Origin: an uncultured Gemmatimonadales bacterium
GTDB taxonomy: Bacteria > Gemmatimonadota > Gemmatimonadetes > Gemmatimonadales > GWC2-71-9
Assembly (NCBI GenBank): GCA_963695555.1
Contig: CAVOGR010000005.1
Location: 160,001 to 224,000 of the forward strand
Direction of reading: 5' to 3'
DNA length: 64,000 nt
The notes under the pieces: model-generated
What the model was told of the DNA's origin: nothing
What the model saw: the letters and a program-made list of their open reading frames with translations, nothing else
Database searches by the model: none
Made by a program: the position numbers and the translations under genes
Part shown: positions 42,809 to 52,042 of the stretch, in pieces
Layout of the letters: each line of letters starts with the position of its first letter
How positions within the stretch are numbered: the stretch's first letter is position 1

Positions 42809-44127
42809 CCGATTTCATGCCTCCGCTCCCTGCCGAAGAGCTCGAACGACGGTTTGCCGACATCGCTCCCCCGCTCACGCCGGACGCGGCGCTGCTCGAG
42901 GCATCGAAGTGCCTGTTCTGCTACGACGCGCCGTGTACCCACGCGTGTCCGACGCACATCGATGTCCCGGCCTTTATCAAGAAGATAGAAACTGACAACC
43001 TCCGGGGTTCGGCGAGGGTCATTCTCGACGCGAACCCCATGGGTCACTCCTGCGCCCGGGCGTGTCCGGTGGACGTGCTGTGCGAGGGTGCGTGTGTGTT
43101 GAACGACCGGGACGAGCAGCCGATCAAGATCGCGCTGCTTCAGCGGCATGCCACGGACTACGCCCTCGAACACCGGCTCCGGTTGTTCGAGCCCGGCCGC
43201 CCAAACGGCAAATCCGTCGCCATCGTGGGCGCGGGCCCCGCCGGTCTCTCGTGTGCGCAGGACCTGCGGCGTCTGGGCTATGCGGTGACGGTCTATGAGG
43301 CCAAGGCCAAGCCCGGCGGGCTCAACACCTACGGAATCGCCGAGTACAAGATGCGCCCAGCGACGGCCCTGGCCGAAGTCGAGATGATTGCCGACCTGGG
43401 AGTGGACATCAAGACCGGTGTCATGGTGGGGCGGGACCTACCATTCGCAGACTTGGAGCGTGACTTCGATGCCGTCTTCATCGCGGTCGGGTTGGGCGCC
43501 ACGCGCGGGCTCGGCCTTCCAGGGGAAGACCTACCGGGGGTGTTCGAAGCGTTGGCCTTCATCGAACACTTGAAGACCCATCCGTACGCCGAGACGAGAG
43601 TTGGTCGCCGCGTAGTGGTCATCGGGGCGGGAAATACCGCAATCGATGCCGTGACCCAGGCCAAGCGGCTCGGTGCCGAACACGCGACCATCGTGTACCG
43701 GCGGGGGCGCGCAGAGATGCCTGCGTACGACTACGAGTATGAGCTGGCGCAACGCGATGGGTGCGAGTTCCGGTTTTCCACGGCACCGAAACGTGTGGTC
43801 GGAAAGGAGTGGGTCACGGGGCTCGAGTGCGTCAAGACCGAGCCCGGCCCGCCGGGCCCCGACGGGCGCCGTCGGCCGGTCGACGTGCCCGGCTCAGAGC
43901 ATGTGATTCCGTGTGACATGGTGATCAAGGCGATCGGTCAGGCGCCGCGGAGCGAGTTTGCGAAAGAGGCCGGTCTCATCCTCGAAGGCGATCGCGTCCA
44001 GAGCGAGAAGCCCCATGTCTTCGTCGGCGGCGATTGCATGAGCGGCGGCGCCGAGATCGTGAACGCGGCCGCGGACGGGAAGAAGGCGGCGAGAGACATC
44101 GATAGATTCTTGACGGCTAACAGCTGA
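42805..44127 (+). CDS. preT: Dihydropyrimidine dehydrogenase subunit PreT (GltD-like)
   Basis: CLFCYDAPC...CP, CARACP...CEGAC, GAGPAG, GAGNTAID. Confidence 0.88.
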   Translation: MTDFMPPLPAEELERRFADIAPPLTPDAALLEASKCLFCYDAPCTHACPTHIDVPAFIKKIETDNLRGSARVILDANPMGHSCARACPVDVLCEGACVLNDRDEQPIKIALLQRHATDYALEHRLRLFEPGRPNGKSVAIVGAGPAGLSCAQDLRRLGYAVTVYEAKAKPGGLNTYGIAEYKMRPATALAEVEMIADLGVDIKTGVMVGRDLPFADLERDFDAVFIAVGLGATRGLGLPGEDLPGVFEALAFIEHLKTHPYAETRVGRRVVVIGAGNTAIDAVTQAKRLGAEHATIVYRRGRAEMPAYDYEYELAQRDGCEFRFSTAPKRVVGKEWVTGLECVKTEPGPPGPDGRRRPVDVPGSEHVIPCDMVIKAIGQAPRSEFAKEAGLILEGDRVQSEKPHVFVGGDCMSGGAEIVNAAADGKKAARDIDRFLTANS

Positions 44128-44136
44128 GACCGGTGG

Positions 44137-44258
44137 TAGGGAGTAGGTTGTAGGAGGTAGGCGGTCTATCTGGTTGGCCGTACTTACTCCTAACACCCTA
44201 CGTCCTACGTTCCTACATCCCTTCAGTTAGCCGATAGCCGATAGCCGATAGCCGATAG
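44137..44258. repeat. Empty heptamer cassette plus GCCGATA x4
   Basis: TAGGGAG-TAGGTTG-TAGGAGG-TAGGCGG; CACCTAC-GTCCTAC-GTTCCTAC; GCCGATA tandem (also at about 25806). Confidence 0.85.
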
Positions 44259-44283
44259 CAACAAGCCTCCCCCGGAGCTTCCC

Positions 44284-45591
44284 ATGGCCGATCTCAGCGT
44301 CAACTTTGCAGGCATCGCGAGCCCCAATCCCTTCTGGCTCGCCTCCGGCCCGCCCACCAACACCTACGGGCAAGTGGCCCGGGCGTTCGATGCGGGGTGG
44401 GGCGGGGCGGTGTGGAAGACCGTGGGAGACCCGATCATCAACGTGTATTCCCGCTACGGATCGGTCGATCTCGGTGCGACGCGCATGATGGGATTCAACA
44501 ACATCGAGCTGATCACCGACCGGCCGATCGAAGACAATCTGAAGGAAATCGCCGAGGTCAAGCGGAACTACCCCGGGCATGCCGTCATCGTGTCGCTCAT
44601 GGTGGAGAGCAAGCGCGAGGTGTGGCACGAGATCATGCGGCGCACCGAGGACACCGGAGCCGACGGCGTCGAGCTCAACTTCGGGTGCCCGCATGGCATG
44701 AGCGAGCGTGGCATGGGCAGCGCTGTCGGTCAGGTGCCCGAGTATACCTGCCAGATCGTCGAGTGGGTGAAAGAAGTGGCGAGCATTCCGGTCCTGGTCA
44801 AGCTGACGCCCAACGTATCGGATATTGCGTATGTGGCACGGGCGGCGGTCAAGGGCGGGGCCGACGCGCTCTCGCTCATCAATACGATCAACTCGATCGT
44901 CGGGATCGATCTAGACACCTTTGCCCCCCACCCCTCGGTGGCAGGGAAGTCGAGTCATGGTGGCTACTGCGGCCCCGCGGTCAAGCCCATCGCGCTCAAC
45001 ATGGTCGCGGCCGTATGCGCCGACCCCGAGGTTGGTATCCCGGTGTCCGGGGTGGGTGGCATCGCCACCTGGCGGGACGCGGCCGAGTTCATTGCCTTGG
45101 GTGCCACCACGGTCCAGGTCTGCACCGCGGTCATGCACTATGGGTTCCGGATCGTGGAAGACCTGAGCGACGGGCTGACGAATTGGATGAACGACAAGGG
45201 CTACCAAACCATCGCTGACTTTCGCGGCCGGGCCCTCCCGAACGTCGTCAAGTGGGAGGAGCTCGATCTCAACTACCATCTCCTGGCGCGCATCGACCAG
45301 GAGAAGTGCATCGGGTGCGAGCTGTGCTGGGTGGCCTGCGAGGACGGTGCCCACCAGGCCATTCGACGCTTGCCCAGGCAGAATGGCGAGCCGGTGGTGG
45401 AAATCATCGACGAGGCCTGCGTCGGGTGTAACCTGTGCTCTGAAGTCTGCCCTGTGCAGGGCTGCATCACGATGGAGCAGGTGCCCAACGGCCATGGGCC
45501 GGTGACGTGGAAGGAATACGCGGCGGGGAAAGGGACCTTGGCACCTCGGTCCGAGCAGTTTCATACGGCCGCATGGTTGGAGCGTCGGTAG
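44284..45591 (+). CDS. preA: NAD-dependent dihydropyrimidine dehydrogenase subunit PreA
   Basis: NPFWLASGPPT, NNIELI, ELNFGCPHGM, KLTPN, C-terminal 2x[4Fe-4S] motifs. Confidence 0.94.
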   Translation: MADLSVNFAGIASPNPFWLASGPPTNTYGQVARAFDAGWGGAVWKTVGDPIINVYSRYGSVDLGATRMMGFNNIELITDRPIEDNLKEIAEVKRNYPGHAVIVSLMVESKREVWHEIMRRTEDTGADGVELNFGCPHGMSERGMGSAVGQVPEYTCQIVEWVKEVASIPVLVKLTPNVSDIAYVARAAVKGGADALSLINTINSIVGIDLDTFAPHPSVAGKSSHGGYCGPAVKPIALNMVAAVCADPEVGIPVSGVGGIATWRDAAEFIALGATTVQVCTAVMHYGFRIVEDLSDGLTNWMNDKGYQTIADFRGRALPNVVKWEELDLNYHLLARIDQEKCIGCELCWVACEDGAHQAIRRLPRQNGEPVVEIIDEACVGCNLCSEVCPVQGCITMEQVPNGHGPVTWKEYAAGKGTLAPRSEQFHTAAWLERR

Positions 45592-45614
45592 GAGTTCGTC
45601 CGCTGGGGGGTGGG

Positions 45615-45652
45615 AAAGAGAGCGCCCGGCTTCCTGCCGGGCGCTCTCTTTT
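45615..45652. terminator. Bidirectional intrinsic terminator
   Basis: AAAGAGAGCGCCCGGC-TTCCT-GCCGGGCGCTCTCTTTT between convergent genes. Confidence 0.85.
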
Positions 45653-45668
45653 GCTGGGTTGAGTCGGA

Positions 45669-46658
45669 CTACTTGTGCGGCTGGTCCTCATGCGCCTGGA
45701 TGTTGCCGTGATCCAAGACGCCAGATACGGCGAGCACCGGCAGGTCCGTGTTCGGGTCGTCTCCGGGAGCCCAGATCTGAATTGCAGCTTGATCGCTGGT
45801 TCCAGGCTCTCCCGCATCGACGAATGTGAACTTGACGATCGAGCCAGCTACTCCATTGAGGGAACCCGTGCCTTCACCGACGAAGGTGTCAAACGGGGCC
45901 CTGGGGGGAGCTGGATCGACGTTCGGATCGTCGATGCAATACGCGGACGTCAGAGGCTTGGTAATGTGCCAGTTATTTCCGCCGGGCCAGTTGATCTCCA
46001 GGTTGTTGGAGAGGATGATGTCGCAGTGGATCGTGAAGCCCCTGGTGATACGGACTCCGTCGATCCTGATCTGATTGCCACCGCCGGTCATGCGGCCCAG
46101 CGCCGGCGGGGGTGGCGTGTAGGTGTTAGTGAACTCCACGAGAACGCCGACTACGCCGTTCGGCGTATCGCCGCTGAACGCCTCGCTGGTCGAGTTACCG
46201 GCAACAGGCGCATCGACGACCACATTGTCTACGCCGCTCGTCCGCACCAACTTGGTCTTGACGAAGGACGGCATGTAGCTGCCGATGGCCGGGACGGGCA
46301 CTTGCTCTGTCACGGTGACCAGATCCTGGATCGGCCCACCGTCGGTCCAGATCTCCTGACACTCGCCGTCGGCAAGCGTAACCTGGAAGGACACGTCTGC
46401 GCCGGTGTTATTGTTGTCCCGGTCGACTGTCACGTCGAACGTGACCGACGGGCCCGCCTGTCCGGAGTAATCCTTACACAATTCGAACAGCTCGAACTCG
46501 ACGGTGCGGTCTCCGGTGGGATTGATTGGCGCGCCGCCGAACGATGGACGGCCTGGGTCGGTCAGTGTCGAGGAATCCGAGGCGCAAGCCCCGAGTGAGG
46601 CCACGCCGAGCGCGAGTCCCACGCCCGCGATCCAGCGTCCTAGTCTTGAATGCATCAT
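45669..46658 (-). CDS. Lipoprotein C: shared CnaB-like N-domain plus beta-rich C-domain (TGGG...DxGEPG...GNIQxH, post-COAP-1-like)
   Basis: LGAC lipobox; ELCK/VTVTE/EFTN; paralog of the two upstream genes. Confidence 0.75.
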   Translation of the reverse strand: MMHSRLGRWIAGVGLALGVASLGACASDSSTLTDPGRPSFGGAPINPTGDRTVEFELFELCKDYSGQAGPSVTFDVTVDRDNNNTGADVSFQVTLADGECQEIWTDGGPIQDLVTVTEQVPVPAIGSYMPSFVKTKLVRTSGVDNVVVDAPVAGNSTSEAFSGDTPNGVVGVLVEFTNTYTPPPPALGRMTGGGNQIRIDGVRITRGFTIHCDIILSNNLEINWPGGNNWHITKPLTSAYCIDDPNVDPAPPRAPFDTFVGEGTGSLNGVAGSIVKFTFVDAGEPGTSDQAAIQIWAPGDDPNTDLPVLAVSGVLDHGNIQAHEDQPHK

Positions 46659-46722
46659 GCGGCCCTCCGAATGGAAAATTGGAGCACAACTGAATTGGTA
46701 ATGCTCAAGGGGATGCGGGAAG

Positions 46723-46750
46723 ATACTACAGCTTCAAGGCGAAAGCACAA
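46723..46750 (-). promoter_or_regulatory. Putative promoter of lipoprotein C
   Basis: TTGTGC-N16-TAGTAT, positionally conserved with the promoter of lipoprotein B. Confidence 0.45.
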
Positions 46751-46790
46751 GCGAAATCGGTTGCGGTGCCCCCGGCTGGCGGAGCGAAGT

Positions 46791-46820
46791 AAAGAAAGAG
46801 CCCGGCTCATTGCCGGGCCC
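46791..46820 (-). terminator. Intrinsic terminator of lipoprotein B
   Basis: GCCCGGC stem followed by TCTTTCTTT on the minus strand. Confidence 0.65.
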
Positions 46821-46872
46821 TCCCTCTAGCTAGGCGAGAAAGACGTTCAACCGCCTCCTCGGGGTGACCGAT

Positions 46873-47793
46873 CTAGTTGCCGATCGGGCAGCCCTGTTCG
46901 TTGTACCATGCAAGCGTGTTCTTCACACCCTCGAAGTCGCCACCTGCGTAGGCGGCCTGTACGGCGGCGATCACGCCGGCAGCTGACAGGTCATAGCTGA
47001 CGTCAGGGTGCGACGAATTCAGAAGCGCGGCCACCGCGTGCCGGCCGAGTGCAATCTCGCCGCCACCGCCGCGCCTCACGGCGTCCAGCAGGGTTCCACC
47101 GAAGCTCGACGAGACGCCGAATGTCGCGTCGTACGAGTCACCCTGCCCGTACCCCGTGGGAGGCCACTGGTTGGTCTGGCTCTTGAGGCCGGTGTGGTTC
47201 TTCCAGTATCCCGGCGTGCAACCTTCACCGCCGCCCGGCGGGGGCGGCATGTAGGTGTTGGTGAACTCCACCAGGACACCGACCACGCCGCTCGGCGTGT
47301 CACCGCTAAAGGCTTCGCTGGTCGAGTTGCCCGGGGTGGATGCACCGACAACCACCGCATCCGGCGCCCCGGCCGTACGGACCAATGTGGTTTTGACGAA
47401 GGATGGCGCATAGCTGCCGGTGGCCGGGACCGGCACCTGCTCCGTCACCGTAACCAGATCCTGGGTCGGTCCACCGTCGGTCCAGATCTCCTGGCACTCG
47501 CCGTCGGCAAGCGTGACCTGGAAGGACACATCCGCGCCGGTATTATTGTTGTCCCGGTCGACCGTCACATCGAACGTGACCGACGGGCCGGCCTGGCCGG
47601 AATAGTCCTTACACAGCTCGAATAATTCGAATTCAACGGTGCGGTCGCCGGTGGGATCCGATGGCGTCCCGCCGAACGACGGACGACTCGGGTCGGTTAG
47701 CGTCGCGGAATCCGAGGCGCACGCCCCGAGCGAGGCCACGCCGAGCGCGAGACCCACCGTCGCGACCCAGCGTCCCAGTCTCAAATGTGTCAT
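46873..47793 (-). CDS. Lipoprotein B: shared N-domain plus GCTPGYWKNH helical C-domain
   Basis: N-terminal ~180 aa nearly identical to lipoprotein C; GGAGGG RBS. Confidence 0.75.
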   Translation of the reverse strand: MTHLRLGRWVATVGLALGVASLGACASDSATLTDPSRPSFGGTPSDPTGDRTVEFELFELCKDYSGQAGPSVTFDVTVDRDNNNTGADVSFQVTLADGECQEIWTDGGPTQDLVTVTEQVPVPATGSYAPSFVKTTLVRTAGAPDAVVVGASTPGNSTSEAFSGDTPSGVVGVLVEFTNTYMPPPPGGGEGCTPGYWKNHTGLKSQTNQWPPTGYGQGDSYDATFGVSSSFGGTLLDAVRRGGGGEIALGRHAVAALLNSSHPDVSYDLSAAGVIAAVQAAYAGGDFEGVKNTLAWYNEQGCPIGN

Positions 47794-47863
47794 GCGGCCC
47801 TCCTGCTTCAAAGATATGATCAAACTGAACCAATCGGGAATGCCCATGCGGGGGATTACCCTG

Positions 47864-47891
47864 AAACTACATTTCCTATCTTGAGGTGCAA
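47864..47891 (-). promoter_or_regulatory. Putative promoter of lipoprotein B
   Basis: TTGCAC-N16-TAGTTT. Confidence 0.45.
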
Positions 47892-48150
47892 GTGAAACGG
47901 CTTTGAAATCCTAGTCCAACCGCGGGATGATCACGGGTTAGGTCTGGCCCCACTGCAACTCCGATACCTGAGGGTCAGCCATCACCAGGTGAGGTCGAGG
48001 GCCTAACCGGCAGCACCTTATGCTCTTGCCGTGCAATAGTTTGTGGACCCGGTCCGACAGTGTGATCTTGTTGTGTGCAATAACCTGCGCGGTTTTCGCG
48101 GGCTCGAGATCGAGCACGAGCCACGCTCCGACCTGCGATGCCTGTCGAAC

Positions 48151-48186
48151 GACAAAGAGCCCAGGCGGCTGCCTGGGCTCTTTGTC
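48151..48186 (-). terminator. Intrinsic terminator of lipoprotein A
   Basis: Perfect 16-bp inverted repeat GACAAAGAGCCCAGGC-GGCT-GCCTGGGCTCTTTGTC. Confidence 0.8.
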
Positions 48187-48221
48187 CACTTGCGGCTTAC
48201 GGCATCATTTTGCCGCGACGG

Positions 48222-49157
48222 TCAGTCAAGCACCTCGGAGTCGCAGTGGCCGGGGCCGATGAGGCCCTTGTTGTAGTTGTCCAGCGTGGTGGCCAGGCTC
48301 AGGAACTGCTGCCGCGTGCTGTTGCTGCCCTTGAGCAACGCGATCTGCGCCGGGGTATAGGTGTTGAACAGCGTCGTCGCTGAGGCGAGTGCGGAGGAGA
48401 CGGCCGTCGGGTTTGCGCCCGACAGTACGTTCAGCTTCGCCGCCATGAACTGGTGCGCCAGGTTGTAGTACGCGTTGCCGGACGGCGACGTCCAGAACAC
48501 CTGGAACCAGGATTGTCCGCTAAGGAAGAACGTCGTGTTCGGGCCGCCAACCAGATCCCACGTGGCATCGGTCGGTCCGGCCGGGCCAAGGATCGAGTGC
48601 GTCTTCCAATAACCCTGGGTCAGCGTACAGCCTTGCATCCTGGTGTTGGTAAACTCTACCAGCACACCCACCGTCCCGATCGCGTTGCCGCGGAAGGCGC
48701 CTGACGCCGTGTTGGAGGCGACCGGCGAGCCCACGACCACCTGGTCGCCGCCGCCGCCCAGCTGGGTGCGTTCCAGCCGGGTCATGACGTAGGACGATGC
48801 AAACCCCGCTGGCACGACCTCGGTGACGGTAACCAGGTCGTAGCCTTGGCCCCCATTGAGCCAGATTTCCCGGCACTCGCCGTTCCGAAGATCGACGTAG
48901 AACGTCTCGTCGATGCTGTTATTGTTGTCGATGTCGACCGTGATGTTGAACCTGACGGGAGCCGGATTGTCGACGGGTCCGGCAAAGTCCTTACAGATTT
49001 CGAACTGTTCGAATTCCACCAGCCGGTTCCCTGCCGTGTTGGTTGCCTCCCCGAAGGACGGGTCGGCACCATTCGGTCCGAGCTTGGACTCGCTCGCGCA
49101 CGCCCCCAGCCACACCACGCCAAGGGTCAGGACCCAAGCGAAGCGCAGTTTGCTCAT
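48222..49157 (-). CDS. Lipoprotein A: divergent shared N-domain plus CTLTQGYWKTH helical C-domain
   Basis: LGAC lipobox; EICK/VTVTE/EFTN; LAHQFMAAKLN. Confidence 0.75.
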   Translation of the reverse strand: MSKLRFAWVLTLGVVWLGACASESKLGPNGADPSFGEATNTAGNRLVEFEQFEICKDFAGPVDNPAPVRFNITVDIDNNNSIDETFYVDLRNGECREIWLNGGQGYDLVTVTEVVPAGFASSYVMTRLERTQLGGGGDQVVVGSPVASNTASGAFRGNAIGTVGVLVEFTNTRMQGCTLTQGYWKTHSILGPAGPTDATWDLVGGPNTTFFLSGQSWFQVFWTSPSGNAYYNLAHQFMAAKLNVLSGANPTAVSSALASATTLFNTYTPAQIALLKGSNSTRQQFLSLATTLDNYNKGLIGPGHCDSEVLD

Positions 49158-49257
49158 GTTGCGGCCCTCATAATGTCAGATTGTTGACCTCACCGGTGCC
49201 ACTACCCGGCCCTTCAATGTGCGAGACGCTTTCGTTCCCAAGGCAAAGTCGTTAAGC

Positions 49258-49272
49258 GCAACCTCGGTGCCC
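49258..49272 (-). promoter_or_regulatory. Putative sigma54 promoter of lipoprotein A
   Basis: Minus strand GGGCAC-CGAGG-TTGC matches the -24/-12 GG-N10-GC consensus, about 100 bp upstream of the ATG. Confidence 0.5.
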
Positions 49273-49626
49273 GATCTTAATCCGACTTCGGGCCTCGTTT
49301 CTGACCACAACTTCACTCCGGGCCTGGCCACCGATCCGTCCCGGCCACAGAGGTGTTGGTTCGTCGCAACGATCACGTCCGGCAAAGGCCACAATTTTGG
49401 CCTACCGCACCATATGGACGAGTAACGGATGGTCGGTGTTGGCATGGCGGGACAACCGCGCGGGCACGTTTTGGCCATTGCGCGACAGCCAAAGGCGTAA
49501 GTGTCTTCCCCACGCCACAGTTGCCACCTCCGCTGGTCGAGCGCCTGGCGCGGGTCGGCAGCGCAACGTACCCTTTGCAGTTACCGTAACTTAGGCCCAA
49601 CCTCGGCCCTGAACCGGAGCTGATCG

Positions 49627-50781
49627 ATGTCCCCGGCCCCCCGTCTCGCGCTCTCAGTTGCCCTCGCCATGTTTTGGCCCACCTGGGTGCCCGCTCAGGC
49701 GACCCAACCCGATCCCGTTCGGGCCCGAGGCTTGGGGGTACGGCCCGGCATCTTCGAGCCCGGCTCCTTCAACGCCATTACCGATGTGGCGGGCGTCCGC
49801 GTCGGCCAAGTCACCGTTTCGGTGGGAGATTCGATTCGGACAGGGGTCACCGCCATCCTGCCCCACGACGGCAACGTGTTCCTCGACCGGGTTCCCGCGG
49901 CGATCCATGTCGGCAACGGGTTCGGCAAGCTGCTCGGCTCGACCCAGGTGGCCGAGCTTGGCGAGCTCGAGACGCCGATTCTGCTCACGTGCACGCTCTG
50001 CGTGTGGAAGGCGGCCGATGCGCTGGTCGAGTGGATGCTGGCGCGACCTGGGATGGCAAGCGTTCGGTCCATCAATCCGGTGGTCGCGGAGACCAACGAC
50101 GGAGGACTGAACGCCATCCGGTCGCGTCCCCTCAGCGCTGCCGATGTCGTCAGTGCCTTGGAGCGGGCGGACACGGGCCCCGTCGCCGAGGGGAGCGTGG
50201 GAGCAGGCACCGGGACCGTAGCCTTCGGCTGGAAGGGCGGGATCGGTACGTCATCGAGGATCCTGCCGGAACCCCTCGGTGGCTATACCCTCGGGGTCTT
50301 GGTGCAAACCAACTTCGGCGGAGTGCTGCAGGTTTTAGGGGCGCCCGTGGGCCGCGAACTGGGCCGCTACGCGTTTCGGTCAGCAGTAGAGCGGGAGGTG
50401 GGAGATGGGTCGATCATCATCGTCGTGGCCACCGACGCTCCGCTCTCCGACCGGAACCTGGAGCGCCTCGCGGCCCGCGCCATGCTGGGCCTCGCCCGCA
50501 CCGGATCGTCCGGGTCGAACGGATCGGGTGACTACGTCATCGCCTTCTCCACCAGCCCCGACGTGCGTCGCGGTACTGACCAGCCGATGCTCGCCACGCG
50601 TGTCCTGGCCAACGATCGGATGTCGGCGCTCTTTCAGGCGGTCATCGAAGCCACTGAAGAAGCCATCTATAATTCGCTCTTCATGGCAACACCGGTCACC
50701 AGCCGTGGGCGCACGGTCGAGCCGATCCCGCTCGACGCCGTGCGCGAGATTCTCGAGAAGTACCGTGTCGTGGATCGCTAA
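49627..50781 (+). CDS. P1/S58 family aminopeptidase (DmpA-like)
   Basis: NAITDVAGVRVG, NGFGK, EGSVGAGTG, KGGIGTSSR, GDGSII autocleavage site, NGSGD. Confidence 0.9.
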   Translation: MSPAPRLALSVALAMFWPTWVPAQATQPDPVRARGLGVRPGIFEPGSFNAITDVAGVRVGQVTVSVGDSIRTGVTAILPHDGNVFLDRVPAAIHVGNGFGKLLGSTQVAELGELETPILLTCTLCVWKAADALVEWMLARPGMASVRSINPVVAETNDGGLNAIRSRPLSAADVVSALERADTGPVAEGSVGAGTGTVAFGWKGGIGTSSRILPEPLGGYTLGVLVQTNFGGVLQVLGAPVGRELGRYAFRSAVEREVGDGSIIIVVATDAPLSDRNLERLAARAMLGLARTGSSGSNGSGDYVIAFSTSPDVRRGTDQPMLATRVLANDRMSALFQAVIEATEEAIYNSLFMATPVTSRGRTVEPIPLDAVREILEKYRVVDR

Positions 50782-50833
50782 GAGTCCCCCCCAAGAAGAG
50801 AGCCTCCCATGCCTATCGGCATCGGAGGCTCTC

Positions 50834-50886
50834 TACAGTTCCAACTCCCTACTTCCAACTCCCTACTCCCTACTCCCTACTCCCTG
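50834..50886. repeat. Heptamer array (ACTCCCT), G-rich on the LysM gene mRNA just after its stop
   Basis: ACTCCCT-ACTTCCA-ACTCCCT x4. Confidence 0.85.
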
Positions 50887-50888
50887 TC

Positions 50889-51362
50889 TTACTGTTTCAA
50901 AGCCGGAATCCGCAGCACCTGACCCGGATAGATCTTGTCCGGATCCTTGAGCATGGGCTTGTTGGCTTCGAAGATGACCGGATACTTCATCGGGTCGCCG
51001 TATTGGGCCTTGGCGATCTTCGACAGAGAATCTCCGGAAACCACCGTGTAGAACACCGCTTCGGGCTCGGGCTTTCCGACAGTCATCCGGTCGTCCACGC
51101 GGGCCACGCCCTGGGTATTCCCCAGGGCCAACACCGCCTTTTCCTTCTCGCCCTGGGAAGCGGCCTTGCCGTGAATGGTGGCAACGCCGTCGTCGAAGTG
51201 CACCTTGAGGCCTTCGATGTCGAGGCCGAGCCCGGTGAGCAGGCGCTGGAGCTTGTTCCCCATGATCGCTTCGTTGGCGGCCTCTTGCTGGGTGGCAGCC
51301 GCGTCCTCCTTCTTGCCGAGGAGCTTCTCACCGGCTCCCTTGACGAAATCGAATATTCCCAT
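50889..51362 (-). CDS. kbp: BON-LysM potassium-binding protein Kbp/YgaU
   Basis: MGIFDFVKGAGEKL, YTVVSGDSLSKIA, IFEANKPML.DPDKIYPGQVLRIP. Confidence 0.9.
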   Translation of the reverse strand: MGIFDFVKGAGEKLLGKKEDAAATQQEAANEAIMGNKLQRLLTGLGLDIEGLKVHFDDGVATIHGKAASQGEKEKAVLALGNTQGVARVDDRMTVGKPEPEAVFYTVVSGDSLSKIAKAQYGDPMKYPVIFEANKPMLKDPDKIYPGQVLRIPALKQ

Positions 51363-51445
51363 CGTGTAATCCTTTCTTCAGTGTTTCACATCTCATGGAA
51401 CTCCGGTCGTCGCACGACCGGGTCCCGACGCCAGCTTTCGGAGAC

Positions 51446-52042
51446 CTATCGCTTGCCGAATAATCCGCCGAGCAGCTTGCCTCCGATTTTGGCGAGATCG
51501 TCGGTTATTTGGCCGTCGTTGTCGCTGTCCAGCAGGCGAGCGAGACCCCCGAGGCCTGGTGCCGAAGCGGCCACCTGCCGCTGCTCGCCCTGGAGCATCT
51601 GCGCCAAACCGGGCGCATCCAGGTTCTGCTGACGTTGGGCTTGGCCTAGCATCCCCATGACGAGCGGAGCCAGCGAGGCCATCATCGTGGCCACGCCCTT
51701 GGTGTCGAGACCACTCGCCTTGCTGATGCCGGCCTCGACGGCCGGGCGCTTGGCGCCGAGCACATGCCGCAGGATGCCGTCACCGGTTTGGGTGTCGGGA
51801 CGCGCGATGTATCCGTCCAGGTTTTGGAGGAGCGACCCGTCGTGATCACGTGCGACGGCTTGGTGCAGCGCCTCCGCACCCTGGCGATTGGTGGCGTTCT
51901 TGGCCAAGGCCGCGAGGAGGAGCGGGAGGGCGGCCTGGAGTGCCTTCTGGGTTGCGGCTTGATCGGCTCCGATGGCTTGGCTCATCTCTGCCGTTCGAGT
52001 ACCGGTCAATTGACCGGCCAGTGTCTCCAACAATGTGGGCAT
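51446..52042 (-). CDS. DUF937 domain protein
   Basis: ALPLLLAAL, HDGS, GILRHVLG, LAPLVMG, LDSDNDG. Confidence 0.85.
   Translation of the reverse strand: MPTLLETLAGQLTGTRTAEMSQAIGADQAATQKALQAALPLLLAALAKNATNRQGAEALHQAVARDHDGSLLQNLDGYIARPDTQTGDGILRHVLGAKRPAVEAGISKASGLDTKGVATMMASLAPLVMGMLGQAQRQQNLDAPGLAQMLQGEQRQVAASAPGLGGLARLLDSDNDGQITDDLAKIGGKLLGGLFGKR

Noticed and set aside
47900..48150. Possible c-di-GMP or other riboswitch upstream of lipoprotein B
   Set aside because: I could not match conserved riboswitch cores by eye; an Rfam scan would be needed
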